This document shows, piece after piece, positions 45,371 to 54,290 of a stretch of 64,000 bases of DNA. Numbering within the stretch: the first letter of the stretch is position 1; every line of letters starts with the position of its first letter. Position numbers and translations under genes: made by a program. The notes beneath the pieces were generated by a model. The model saw only the letters and a list, made by a program, of their open reading frames with translations. It had not been told where the DNA came from and did no database searches. The DNA is from Micropruina sp. (GTDB lineage Bacteria > Actinomycetota > Actinomycetes > Propionibacteriales > Propionibacteriaceae): NCBI RefSeq assembly GCF_047606365.1, contig NZ_JASGEN010000039.1, positions 344 through 64,343 of the forward strand. The letters are read 5' to 3'.

Positions 45371-46567
45371 ATGAGCGAGTGGCAGCAGGCCTGGCCGAGT
45401 GAGGTCGGCGTCCGGACGGCACGAGAGTTGTTCCGGACGGCGTACGACGCCGAGCCGGACGGCGTCTGGGCCTCGCCGGGGCGGGTGAACCTGATCGGCG
45501 AGCACACCGATTACAACGGCGGGTTGTGCCTGCCGATCGCGCTGCCGCACCGCACCTATGTGGCCGTCTCCGCCCGGTCGGACGGCCGGGTCCGGATGAC
45601 CACCGACATCGGCGATGAGGTGTGGGAGGGCGAGGTCGCCGAGCTCGCTCCCGGCAAGGTGTCGGGCTGGGTGGCCTACTGCGGCGGGCCGGCCTGGGCG
45701 CTGCGGGAGGCGGGCTTCGAGGTGCCCGGATTCGACCTGGCCGTCGCCTCGTGCGTGCCGCTGGGTGCCGGACTGTCGTCGTCCGCGGCGGTGGAGTGCG
45801 CCGTCGGCCTGGCGCTGGCCCAGCTGGCCGGACAACGACTCGACACCGACGATGACTCCCGGGCCCGGCTGGCCACGCTCTGCGTGCTGGCCGAGAACGA
45901 AGTCGCCGGTGCGCCAACCGGCGGCATGGACCAGGCGGCCTCGCTGCGCACCACCGCAGGACATGCGCTGCTGCTCGACTGCCGCGACGGCTCGGTTGAA
46001 CAGGTGCGCTTCGATCTGGCGTCCGCCGGCCTGGAGTTGCTGGTGATCGACACCCGGGCCAGCCACTCACTGGCCGACGGCCAGTACGGCGCCCGCCGTG
46101 CCGCCTGCGAATCGGCCGCCCGCACCCTGGGCGTCGTGACGCTGCGTGAGGTCAGCGATCTGGACGCGGCGCTGGCGCAGCTCGACGACGAGGAAGTGCG
46201 CCGCCGCGTCCGTCATGTGGTGACCGAGATCGCGCGGGTGACCGAGTTCGTGACAGTCGCCGAAGCCGGTGACTGGACCGCCGCCGGCGAGCTGATGAAC
46301 GCCTCGCACGAGTCGCTGCGCGACGACTACGAGGTCAGCTGCCTCGAACTGGACGTGGTGGTGACCGCCGCGCGGGCCGCCGGCGCCCTCGGTGCCCGGA
46401 TGACCGGCGGCGGCTTCGGCGGCAGCGCCATCGCGCTGGTCCGCGGTGAGGACGCCGCGTCCATCGCGCATGCGGTGCGTGAGGCGTCCGGGTCGCGCGG
46501 TCTGCCCGTGCCGGACGTTCATCAGGCCACGCCGTCCGAACCCGGAGGTTGCCTGGTCGAGCCGTGA
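45371..46567 (+). CDS. galK: Galactokinase
   Basis: PGRVNLIGEHTDYN.G, P.GAGLSSSAA, G.MDQ, GARMTGGGFGG. Confidence 0.95.
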   Translation: MSEWQQAWPSEVGVRTARELFRTAYDAEPDGVWASPGRVNLIGEHTDYNGGLCLPIALPHRTYVAVSARSDGRVRMTTDIGDEVWEGEVAELAPGKVSGWVAYCGGPAWALREAGFEVPGFDLAVASCVPLGAGLSSSAAVECAVGLALAQLAGQRLDTDDDSRARLATLCVLAENEVAGAPTGGMDQAASLRTTAGHALLLDCRDGSVEQVRFDLASAGLELLVIDTRASHSLADGQYGARRAACESAARTLGVVTLREVSDLDAALAQLDDEEVRRRVRHVVTEIARVTEFVTVAEAGDWTAAGELMNASHESLRDDYEVSCLELDVVVTAARAAGALGARMTGGGFGGSAIALVRGEDAASIAHAVREASGSRGLPVPDVHQATPSEPGGCLVEP

Positions 46568-46614
46568 GGCGATCGGGACCAGCGAAATTCGAGCCCCGCG
46601 TCCTCGCCCCGCCC

Positions 46615-46712
46615 GAGATCCCGGCGTTCACAGCCGGGATGACAGGCCACCAAGACCAACGAGACTTGGACCCCTGCCTCAGCCGGTCATCCCGGGCTCG
46701 ACCCGGGATCTC
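46615..46712. repeat. REP-like family 2 pair
   Basis: GAGATCCCGGCGTTCACAGCCGGGATGAC and GTCATCCCGGGCTCGACCCGGGATCTC. Confidence 0.8.
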
Positions 46713-46781
46713 GTGCGGGAGTTATCCACAGGTTGAAAAGTAATTCTGAGGATCGGGCAATTTTCGCTCTAGCTTGTCCGC

Positions 46782-49082
46782 ATGAGTCGTTCCCGGTGGT
46801 TGATCATGGTGCTGGCGTTGCTGGTGCTGACGGCCTGCACGGGCGAGCCGCCGCGTCCGCCGGCGAACACTCCCGGCCTGCCGGCCGACGTATTCCCCGG
46901 ACTGCCGAACCTGGGTGCCGGCGTCGAAACGACTGTCGAGGCGATGGCCAGCGACGGCGACACCATGCTGATGGTCGCGACGATCGAGGGCCGCACCTCG
47001 ATTCCCCTCCTGCGCTACTCGACGGACGCCGGCGCGACCTGGCACGACGGCGTGCCGAGCGCAGCAGCCGCGTCTGCGGCTGCCATCGGCGAAGAGGCCG
47101 TTGGGGTCGCCGCCGTGGCCGGCGCCGGGGCGGATCGTCGCTGGCTGAGTCTGACCAGTAAGAGCCAGACGCTGTTCGCCTGGACCAGCCCCGACGCACA
47201 GACCTGGGAGCGCACCCCAGTGGCCGGCATCGATCCCAAGAAGGGCGAAGAGGTCTTCAGCATCACCGGGCTGTCCGGTGGTGGTTTCGTGGCGGTCGGC
47301 GGCGGCTGGCGCCACGACAAGACCTGGCCAATGGCTTGGACATCGCCGGATGGCGTCACCTGGACGGCACAGAAGCTCCCCGGCGAGGGCCACCTGAGCG
47401 AGGTCGCCGCCAATGGCGACCGGCTGGTGGCGGTGGGCAGGAATGAACTGCCCCGGCTCCGCAAGGGCCGGTCGCAATTCTCCCTGCTGTTCACCTCCAC
47501 CGATGGCGGCACGAACTGGCGTCGCGTGGCGGTGAAGGAGCCGGCCACCTCGGGGAACTTCATCAGCTCGCTCAGCCATGTGGTCACCACCGACAAGGGC
47601 TTCATGGTCGGCGGGAGCTACTGCGACAACCCCATGGGGACCTACCGTCCGCTGATGTTGACCAGCGACGATCTGCGTTCGTGGCGTTCTCCCCGCCGAC
47701 TACCCGACGCAGGCGAGTCGTCCGGCGTCACCGAGCTGATCAGGATGGGGTCGGGGACACTCGCTGTGCAACGCGCCTCCGCTGCAGGTGCGAGCGACGA
47801 GGTGCGCGTTTGGCACTTGTCGCCCGGCGACATGTTCTGGACACCGGTCACCATCCCGTCCACCAGGGGAAGCGCGTGGGCAGAGGCCGGCGCCGGTGCG
47901 GGTGCGGTCGGAGTGGTCGCGATCGGTATCGATGGCAACCCGGGATCGACCCGGCTGTGGCGCTTCGACGGCCCGGCGCGGGTTGACGCGACGGAAGTGG
48001 CGGCTCCGTCCGAGACTCGCGAACGGATTCAGCCCAGTGGGCTGCTCGTCGTTGAGAACCACCTGGCCGCATACGGGCGCACCCAGGGCTCCTATGCCCT
48101 GTGGCACGCCGACGGCTCCGCCTTCAGCACGCCCATCCCGGTCGGGGCCGCGGCGGACGAGACGATCGACGCGGTCGCCTGGAGCGCCGACGGAGGCTAC
48201 CTGGCGACCGGGGAGGTGGAGGGCACCGACGCCTTCACGCTGCACTCGACGGACGGCCAGAAATGGCGACGAACCGCGCCGAAGGCCTTCAACAAGGTGG
48301 CGCAGTACCACTACTCGAGCATCGCCGACGCCATCCGTGCCGACGGACGGTGGGTGGTGGTCGGCGAGCGGAGCACCAACGGCGAAATCCGCCGCTCGGC
48401 ACTCGTGGCCAGCTCAGCCAACGGGCTCTCCTGGACACACGGACGTCCCGCCAGAACGACAACGCGCGGTGACTGGTACGACCGGCGCGACCCGTTGGAC
48501 GACCTGCACGGTCTGGACGGCCGAGAGCGAGCGATGACCGCGGTAACGGCATTCGGACGCGGCCTGGTGGCAGTCGGCTCGATCAGCGACGGTCCCGGCA
48601 CCGAGCCCGCGGCATGGGTGGCTGCCGATGCTCGGACCTGGCGCCTGATCCCGCTGCCGTTCGATCACTACGAGCAGGCCGAGGTGAACAGCGTGCACCG
48701 CGTCGGAGAGGTCCTGGTGGGCTACGGCTGGGCTCTGGGGAAGGGCACGACCCGCAGCACCCGTGCGGTGTGGCGCTCCACCGACGGCGGGGCTCATTGG
48801 TCCTTCACCGCTTTCGAGGGCGTCCATTCGGGGGCGCTGATGGCTCACTCCGGCGGCGAGTTCCTCGAGGTCTTCCTCTCCGACGACCACCGGACGCTCA
48901 CCTTGTCGCGATCCTCGGACGGCCTGACCTGGGCGAAGGCGCCACTGAAGGTCGAGGATCTGGCGGACGGAATGGAGCTCTCACTGGATGACGTGCTGGT
49001 GCACGACGGCGCGCTCCACCTGTTGGTGACCGTTCAAAGCCGCAGCGACGCGGTCACCCTGGTGCAGCGCGTGCCGCTGTGA
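46782..49082 (+). CDS. Large lipoprotein with multiple Asp-box/BNR repeats (beta-propeller-like)
   Basis: Lipobox LTAC; repeats STDAGATW, SPDAQTW, SPDGVTW, STDGGTNW, SDDLRSW, STDGQKW, SANGLSW, STDGGAHW, SSDGLTW. Confidence 0.75.
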   Translation: MSRSRWLIMVLALLVLTACTGEPPRPPANTPGLPADVFPGLPNLGAGVETTVEAMASDGDTMLMVATIEGRTSIPLLRYSTDAGATWHDGVPSAAAASAAAIGEEAVGVAAVAGAGADRRWLSLTSKSQTLFAWTSPDAQTWERTPVAGIDPKKGEEVFSITGLSGGGFVAVGGGWRHDKTWPMAWTSPDGVTWTAQKLPGEGHLSEVAANGDRLVAVGRNELPRLRKGRSQFSLLFTSTDGGTNWRRVAVKEPATSGNFISSLSHVVTTDKGFMVGGSYCDNPMGTYRPLMLTSDDLRSWRSPRRLPDAGESSGVTELIRMGSGTLAVQRASAAGASDEVRVWHLSPGDMFWTPVTIPSTRGSAWAEAGAGAGAVGVVAIGIDGNPGSTRLWRFDGPARVDATEVAAPSETRERIQPSGLLVVENHLAAYGRTQGSYALWHADGSAFSTPIPVGAAADETIDAVAWSADGGYLATGEVEGTDAFTLHSTDGQKWRRTAPKAFNKVAQYHYSSIADAIRADGRWVVVGERSTNGEIRRSALVASSANGLSWTHGRPARTTTRGDWYDRRDPLDDLHGLDGRERAMTAVTAFGRGLVAVGSISDGPGTEPAAWVAADARTWRLIPLPFDHYEQAEVNSVHRVGEVLVGYGWALGKGTTRSTRAVWRSTDGGAHWSFTAFEGVHSGALMAHSGGEFLEVFLSDDHRTLTLSRSSDGLTWAKAPLKVEDLADGMELSLDDVLVHDGALHLLVTVQSRSDAVTLVQRVPL

Positions 49083-49100
49083 GGGCAGGCCCCAGGGAAA

Positions 49101-49190
49101 CGCTGGTCATTCACGTCATCCCGGGCTCTCAAGCGGAGAGATCCCGGATCAAGTCCGGGATGACGATGGAGGGGCTTTGATCAGAGCATC
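49101..49190. repeat. Second copy of the REP family 2-derived miniature element
   Basis: CGCTGGTCATTCACGTCATCCCGGGCTC...GAGAGATCCCGGATCAAGTCCGGGATGACGA..GGGGCTTTGATCAGAGCATC. Confidence 0.75.
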
Positions 49191-49191
49191 C

Positions 49192-50313
49192 CTAGCGGTA
49201 GTCGCGGGTGACCCGGCCGGTGATCAGGCAGGTCACCTCGTACGGGATGGTGCCCATCAACTCGGCGACCTCGGCGACGGTGATCTCCTGGTCGCCGTAA
49301 CGTCCGATCAGCACGACCCCGTCACCGACCGCGACGTTCGGCTCGGGGCCGAGGTCGATCATGGTCTGGTCCATGCAGACCCGACCGACGATCGGGTAGG
49401 AGGTGCCGTCGATCAGCACCCGTCCCCGGTTGGACAGCAGTCGCGAATAGCCGTCGCCGTAGCCGACCGGAATGGTGGCGATCCAGGTGTGGCGGGGGGC
49501 CGTCCAGGTGCGTCCGTAGCTCACCGTCTCTCCTGCAGCCACCGGTTTCACGAACGAGATCTCCGTGGTCAGCGCCAGGCCGGGGCGCAGTTCGACGCTG
49601 CGTTCAGCCTGCGGGTCGGGCAGGCTGCCGTAGATCATGATCCCGGGACGGACCAGGTCGAACCAGGTGTCGGGGTGGCCCAGCACGGCGCCCGAGTTGG
49701 CCAGATGTTTGATCTCCACCGGGCCTGCGGCGTCCTCGACGGCGGCGATCGTCTCCCGGAACAGCTCGGTTTGCGCGCGGGTGAAGTCGACGCCGTCCGG
49801 AGTGTCCGAGATCGGCAGGTGGCTGAACAGACCCTGCAGATGCAGGTGCGGATCGGACGCGATCCGCGCGGCCAGCGCCGGCGCCGCGGCGGGTTCGATG
49901 CCGACCCGGCGCATGCCGGTGTCGACCTTCAGATGGACGGAGACTCCGGTCAGCCCGACCTGCTCAGCGACCCGGGACGTCTCTTCCACCGACGCCTCGT
50001 CGACCACGGTCAGGGTGAGCGCCGAGATCAGCGCGCGGCCGACCTCGTCCAAGCCACGGGTCGGCGACAGCTTCAGGATCGGCAGCCCGATGCCGGCGCG
50101 GCGCAGCTGCCGTCCCTCGTCGACGGTGGCGACGCCGAGCCAGTCAGCCGCCTGCCGCTGCTCGATCATCGCCGCCACCGCAGCCGCGCCGTGCCCGTAG
50201 GCGTTGGCCTTGACCGCGGCCAGCACCTGCCGGTCACCGACCCGTGCCCGGACGCCGCGCAGGTTGGCCTCGATGTTGTCGAGCAGGGTGTGTGCGGTGG
50301 TGGGGTAGCTCAT
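49192..50313 (-). CDS. alr: Alanine racemase
   Basis: AVKANAYGHG, HLKVDTGM.RVG, HLANS, VRPGI..YG, VSYG..W, PVGYGDGY.R, GRVCMDQ. Confidence 0.95.
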   Translation of the reverse strand: MSYPTTAHTLLDNIEANLRGVRARVGDRQVLAAVKANAYGHGAAAVAAMIEQRQAADWLGVATVDEGRQLRRAGIGLPILKLSPTRGLDEVGRALISALTLTVVDEASVEETSRVAEQVGLTGVSVHLKVDTGMRRVGIEPAAAPALAARIASDPHLHLQGLFSHLPISDTPDGVDFTRAQTELFRETIAAVEDAAGPVEIKHLANSGAVLGHPDTWFDLVRPGIMIYGSLPDPQAERSVELRPGLALTTEISFVKPVAAGETVSYGRTWTAPRHTWIATIPVGYGDGYSRLLSNRGRVLIDGTSYPIVGRVCMDQTMIDLGPEPNVAVGDGVVLIGRYGDQEITVAEVAELMGTIPYEVTCLITGRVTRDYR

Positions 50314-51137
50314 GCGGGTTCCGACTCACCGGTCGCGACCGGACGCGACGGGTCGTTGCTCCAGGCCGACCATGACCCCGGGTAGAGCGCGATCTCGAGG
50401 TCGAGCGCAGCACCCGCCAGCACCAGCTGCGCGGCGCTCACCCCCGAGCCGCAGTAGGCCGCCAGCGGAGCGGTCTGGTCGCCGAGCAGTTCGCGCAGGC
50501 GGTCCTGTTCGGGCAGCCGTCCGTCGGCGGCGAAGAAGTCGCTGACCGGAACGTTGACCGCTCCGGGGATGTGCCCGGCGACCGGATCCATCGGCTCGGT
50601 CTCGCCGCGGTATCGCTCGGGCGCGCGGGCGTCCATCAGGGTGCCGGAGAAGCCGGCGGCGTCGTCGGCCTCGATGGTCGGCAACTGTCCGGGCGTGACG
50701 TGCAGCTCGGCACTCTCGACGATCGCATCACCGGTTGTCATCGGGCGGTTGTGCACCGTCCAGGCATCGATTCCGCCGTCCAGGACGCGGACGTCCAACC
50801 CGGCCCAGCGCAGCACCCACCAAGCGCGGGAGGCGGCGAACGAGCCGGCCTCGTCGTAGACCACGATCGGACGGCTGCCGTCCACACCCAGCGCACCCAG
50901 GCCGCGGGCCAGGGTGTCGGCGTCGGGCAGCGGATGCCGTCCGTCGGTCGGTTCGCCGTGCCGGGTCAGCACGGTTTCCAGGTCGAGGAAGCGGGCACCC
51001 GGGAGATGGGCCTCCCGGTAGCGGTCGCGCCCCGCCCCGGACGGCTCACCCAGCCGCCATCGCACGTCGAGCAGATCGACATCGGCGAGGACGCCGTCCA
51101 GTTCGTCGGGAGTGATCAGCACATCGCCACGGGCCAT
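50310..51137 (-). CDS. Tandem-rhodanese sulfurtransferase (SseB-like)
   Basis: HLPGA, GRHPLP, LDGG, DAR..RYRGE..P.D..AGHIPGA, YCGSGVSA, YPGSWS.W. Confidence 0.92.
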   Translation of the reverse strand: MARGDVLITPDELDGVLADVDLLDVRWRLGEPSGAGRDRYREAHLPGARFLDLETVLTRHGEPTDGRHPLPDADTLARGLGALGVDGSRPIVVYDEAGSFAASRAWWVLRWAGLDVRVLDGGIDAWTVHNRPMTTGDAIVESAELHVTPGQLPTIEADDAAGFSGTLMDARAPERYRGETEPMDPVAGHIPGAVNVPVSDFFAADGRLPEQDRLRELLGDQTAPLAAYCGSGVSAAQLVLAGAALDLEIALYPGSWSAWSNDPSRPVATGESEPA

Positions 51138-51279
51138 GCCCCCAGCCTGTCAGACCCGGCCGTTGATGATCACCCCCGGCTCGTCGAAGAACGGCCGGCG
51201 GTCGATCGCGCGATCGGCCACAGGTTTCGGGATCGGCCACTGCTTTCGGCATATTTCCCGAAACCAGTCGCGCAACCTG

Positions 51280-51537
51280 TCAGCAGTTGTCGATCGCGCG
51301 ATCAGTGAGCCGCGGGTGCCCGCGCCAAGCCGGCAGGGACGCCATGTAGGCCCGGGTCTGTTCCTCGATCATCTCTTGGGACTGGTCGGGGTGCCGGCGC
51401 CGCTGCCAGCCGACCATTGCGGCGAAGCGGGTGTCGAAGTCCTGCAGGTTGCCGTCGGCGTCGGTGCAGTACTGGCAGTAGTGCCCGCTCTCGATGGGCA
51501 TGCCGCAGCTCTCGCAGGAAGCGGTCTGGGTGGTCAT
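51280..51537 (-). CDS. Small putative zinc-ribbon protein
   Basis: CESCGMP, YCQYC, LPAW; ATG overlaps the marR stop. Confidence 0.75.
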   Translation of the reverse strand: MTTQTASCESCGMPIESGHYCQYCTDADGNLQDFDTRFAAMVGWQRRRHPDQSQEMIEEQTRAYMASLPAWRGHPRLTDRAIDNC

Positions 51538-51962
51538 CGGTGGTCCTCTCGTCGGGCCGCGGCGATCAGGGCGTTCAGCCCGTCGATCAGCCCGCGGCGG
51601 GTGGTGTCGTCCAGTTGCTCCATGGCGCGTGCGACCAGGGTGCGGTCGAGCACGTCGGCGTCGTCGCGCAGCCGGTTCATCCCGGCCTCGGTGAGCCAGA
51701 CCAGGGTGCGGCGCCGGTCGTCCGGATCAGGTTCGCGCTCCAGCAGGCCATGGCCCTCCAGTTGAGTGACGATGTCACTGACCACCGACTGGGCGCGGTC
51801 GAGATGCCGAGCGGCCTCACCGACGGTGATCGGACCCGACCCGGCCAGGTGGGTGAGCACCGCCCGGGAGGCGTTGGTCAGCTCGCTGCGGCGTCCGTCA
51901 CGGCGGTGAAAGGCCAGGTAGGTCCGTGGGAACACCTCGCAGAACGCATCGGAGTCGGACAT
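51534..51962 (-). CDS. MarR family regulator
   Basis: ITVGEAARHL....S.VS.IV..LE..GLL.R..DP.DRRR..V.LT.AG. Confidence 0.9.
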   Translation of the reverse strand: MSDSDAFCEVFPRTYLAFHRRDGRRSELTNASRAVLTHLAGSGPITVGEAARHLDRAQSVVSDIVTQLEGHGLLEREPDPDDRRRTLVWLTEAGMNRLRDDADVLDRTLVARAMEQLDDTTRRGLIDGLNALIAAARREDHR

Positions 51963-51985
51963 GACTTCATCGTCCGGCGGAGTGA

Positions 51986-52008
51986 ATCCATCGTCAATCC
52001 CGATGGAT
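51986..52008. promoter_or_regulatory. Candidate MarR operator ATCCATCG-n7-CGATGGAT
   Basis: Perfect 8-bp inverted repeat about 25-45 bp upstream of marR ATG. Confidence 0.6.
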
Positions 52009-52121
52009 CGGACCGCTCACAACGTGTAGACGCTTCTGTCCATGGTCCGCACCTAGATTCGTCTAGATAGCGGAGCTTTATAGGCGAATGTAGATGAATA
52101 CAACCTCCCTGGTGGGGCCCC

Positions 52122-52178
52122 GAACAAAAGGGATCCGGATCGGGCTGGTCAGTCCAAGCCCGATCCGGATCCTTGTTT
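52122..52178 (-). terminator. Intrinsic terminator after the PTS gene (possibly bidirectional)
   Basis: 16-bp perfect stem 52131-52146/52157-52172; CTTTTGTT follows on minus, TTGTTT on plus. Confidence 0.8.
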
Positions 52179-52186
52179 CAGCTGCT

Positions 52187-54055
52187 TCAGACCGCCGCGC
52201 TGACCGATACGACGCTGTCACCCCGCTGCAGCGCGGCGTCGGCGTCGTCGAACTCGTTCACGGTGGAGACCTTGCCGAGGTTCGTCACCAGCACCAGGAT
52301 CACGGGATCCTTGCCGGCGCGACGGACGGCGTCGAGGTCGACCCGGGCGATCAGGGTCGACGGGTCGACCCGGTCGCCCGGCGCGCATAAGACCTCGAAA
52401 CCCTCACCCTGAAGCGACACCGTGTCGATGCCGAGATGAACGAGAACCTCGACTCCGTCATCGGTCTCCAGGCCGATCGCATGCTTTGTCGGGAAGACCA
52501 CCGTGACGGTGCCCGACACGGGCGCATACACGTCGCCGTCTGCGGGCTGCAGCGCGTAGCCGTCGCCGACCGTCTTGCTGGCGAAGACCGCGTCGCTGAC
52601 CTCCTCGAGGGGCACAAAGGCGCCCCGCGCGACCGCAACCAGTTCCACACGCTCACCCTTGACTCCCAGCGCCGCCGCCTCCGGGGCGACTGCAGATTCG
52701 TCCGCCGGACGCTCGGCCGGCACCAAGAACATCGTCAGGATGAACGAACTGGAGATGGCGATGGCAATGCCGGCCAACGCGAACGGGAAGTAGGGACCGA
52801 CGTAGGCCGGCAGACTGAAGATCGACGACAGGATGTAGGCGTAGATCCGGACGCCGGTGACGGCGAAGAACGTCGCCGCGAGAGTACTGCCGATCGTCGC
52901 CGCCACGAACGCCCGGCGGTACTTGGAGAGCACGCCGAACAGGGCCGGCTCGGTGATGCCCAGCAGACCTGACACGGCGGCAGATGCGACGACCGTCTTC
53001 TGATCCTTGCTGCGCACCTTGAAGTAGACCGCCGCAGTCGCACCGGCGATGGCCATGTTGGCCATGAACATCATCGGCATGAGCATGTCCCAACCCTGGG
53101 TCGCGAAGTTCTGCAACGCGATGGGGGTCTCGGCATGGTGCAGGCCGGTGAAGATCGCGATCGGGCGAGTGGCACCGAAAATGACGCCCGCGAGGATGGG
53201 CGAGAAGGCGAACAGCCAGGCAACGCCGGCGGCGAGCTGGTTGCCCAAGAAGATGCCGATGGGGCCGATCACCGTGAGCGCCAGCGTGCCGGCGATGAAT
53301 AGCGAGAAGGTGGGCGTGAAGACCGTCCGCAGGACGCGCGGCAGTGCCCGGTCCACCCAGCGATAGATGTGACTGAGCGCGAAGACCGAGAAGATGATCG
53401 GAATCACGGTTCCGGCGTAGTTGAACACCGGGACCGGAATGACGCCGAACAGCATGAACGCCGTGATCTCCTTGGCGGCTGCGGCGGCGGTCATCGTCGG
53501 GTACTGCATGGCGGCGGCGATGGCGACCGCCATGAACATGTTCGTCTTGAAGATCTTCGCCGCGGACGCGGCCACGAAGAACGGCAGGAAGGTGAAGACA
53601 CCGCTCGCGAGCATGTCGATGACGACGTAGGTGTCGTTCTTGTTCGAGATCACGCCCAGTGCCGCGAGCCCGGCCATCAGGCCCTTGATCATGCCCGCGC
53701 CCGCGATGGCAGGGACGATCGGCCCGAAGACACCGGACACCGTGTCCATGGCCAGTGCGACCCAGCCGCGCTTTCCACCGGCTGCTTCGCCGCCACCCGC
53801 TTTGTCGGAGAGCCCGAGCTTGTCAGCCAGCGGTTCGTAGTACTTCTCCACCTCGGTGCCGACCACCACCTGCAGTTCACCGTTCTGGACGTTGGTCCCG
53901 ATCACCTCAGGAACGCCGTCCAGTGCGGCCATGTCCACCTTGGCGCCGTCCTTGAGGTCGAAGCGCAAGCGCGTCATGCAGTGCCACGCGTTGCTGACGT
54001 TGTCCACCCCGCCGACGGCGGCGATGACTTTCTCAGCTACCTCGCTGTAGCGCAT
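52187..54055 (-). CDS. PTS EIIBCA, beta-glucoside/sucrose (Glc family) type
   Basis: EIIB HCMTRLRF, EIIC GLHHA and GITEPALFG, EIIA D.VFASKTVGDG and VLVHLGIDTV.L.G. Confidence 0.92.
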   Translation of the reverse strand: MRYSEVAEKVIAAVGGVDNVSNAWHCMTRLRFDLKDGAKVDMAALDGVPEVIGTNVQNGELQVVVGTEVEKYYEPLADKLGLSDKAGGGEAAGGKRGWVALAMDTVSGVFGPIVPAIAGAGMIKGLMAGLAALGVISNKNDTYVVIDMLASGVFTFLPFFVAASAAKIFKTNMFMAVAIAAAMQYPTMTAAAAAKEITAFMLFGVIPVPVFNYAGTVIPIIFSVFALSHIYRWVDRALPRVLRTVFTPTFSLFIAGTLALTVIGPIGIFLGNQLAAGVAWLFAFSPILAGVIFGATRPIAIFTGLHHAETPIALQNFATQGWDMLMPMMFMANMAIAGATAAVYFKVRSKDQKTVVASAAVSGLLGITEPALFGVLSKYRRAFVAATIGSTLAATFFAVTGVRIYAYILSSIFSLPAYVGPYFPFALAGIAIAISSSFILTMFLVPAERPADESAVAPEAAALGVKGERVELVAVARGAFVPLEEVSDAVFASKTVGDGYALQPADGDVYAPVSGTVTVVFPTKHAIGLETDDGVEVLVHLGIDTVSLQGEGFEVLCAPGDRVDPSTLIARVDLDAVRRAGKDPVILVLVTNLGKVSTVNEFDDADAALQRGDSVVSVSAAV

Positions 54056-54290
54056 CTACAGTCCCCTCTCTCATTTCTCATTCACAGCTCGACCCCAGCC
54101 GAGCGATGGTACCGATCCAATCCCCGGTCCCGACTGGGTAGATTGGAGCATGTAAGCCTGCTCTTTACGAAGCCGCGAAAGCATTGGACTGGCAACTACG
54201 AGCTTTTGGCGCCGTTGACCGAGCCATGCTGGCGGCTCCTCCGGCGCAGCCGGTTGAATAGCGGCGCAGACATGCAGCGAAAGGATCCTG

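Noticed and set aside
52094-52390. 98-aa plus-strand ORF after the left TCTAGA motif pair
   Set aside because: Runs through the terminator hairpin and antisense into the PTS gene; no SD or motif
54056-54290. BglG-type RAT antiterminator upstream of the PTS gene
   Set aside because: No match to the RAT consensus that I could see, and no BglG/LicT gene in the module
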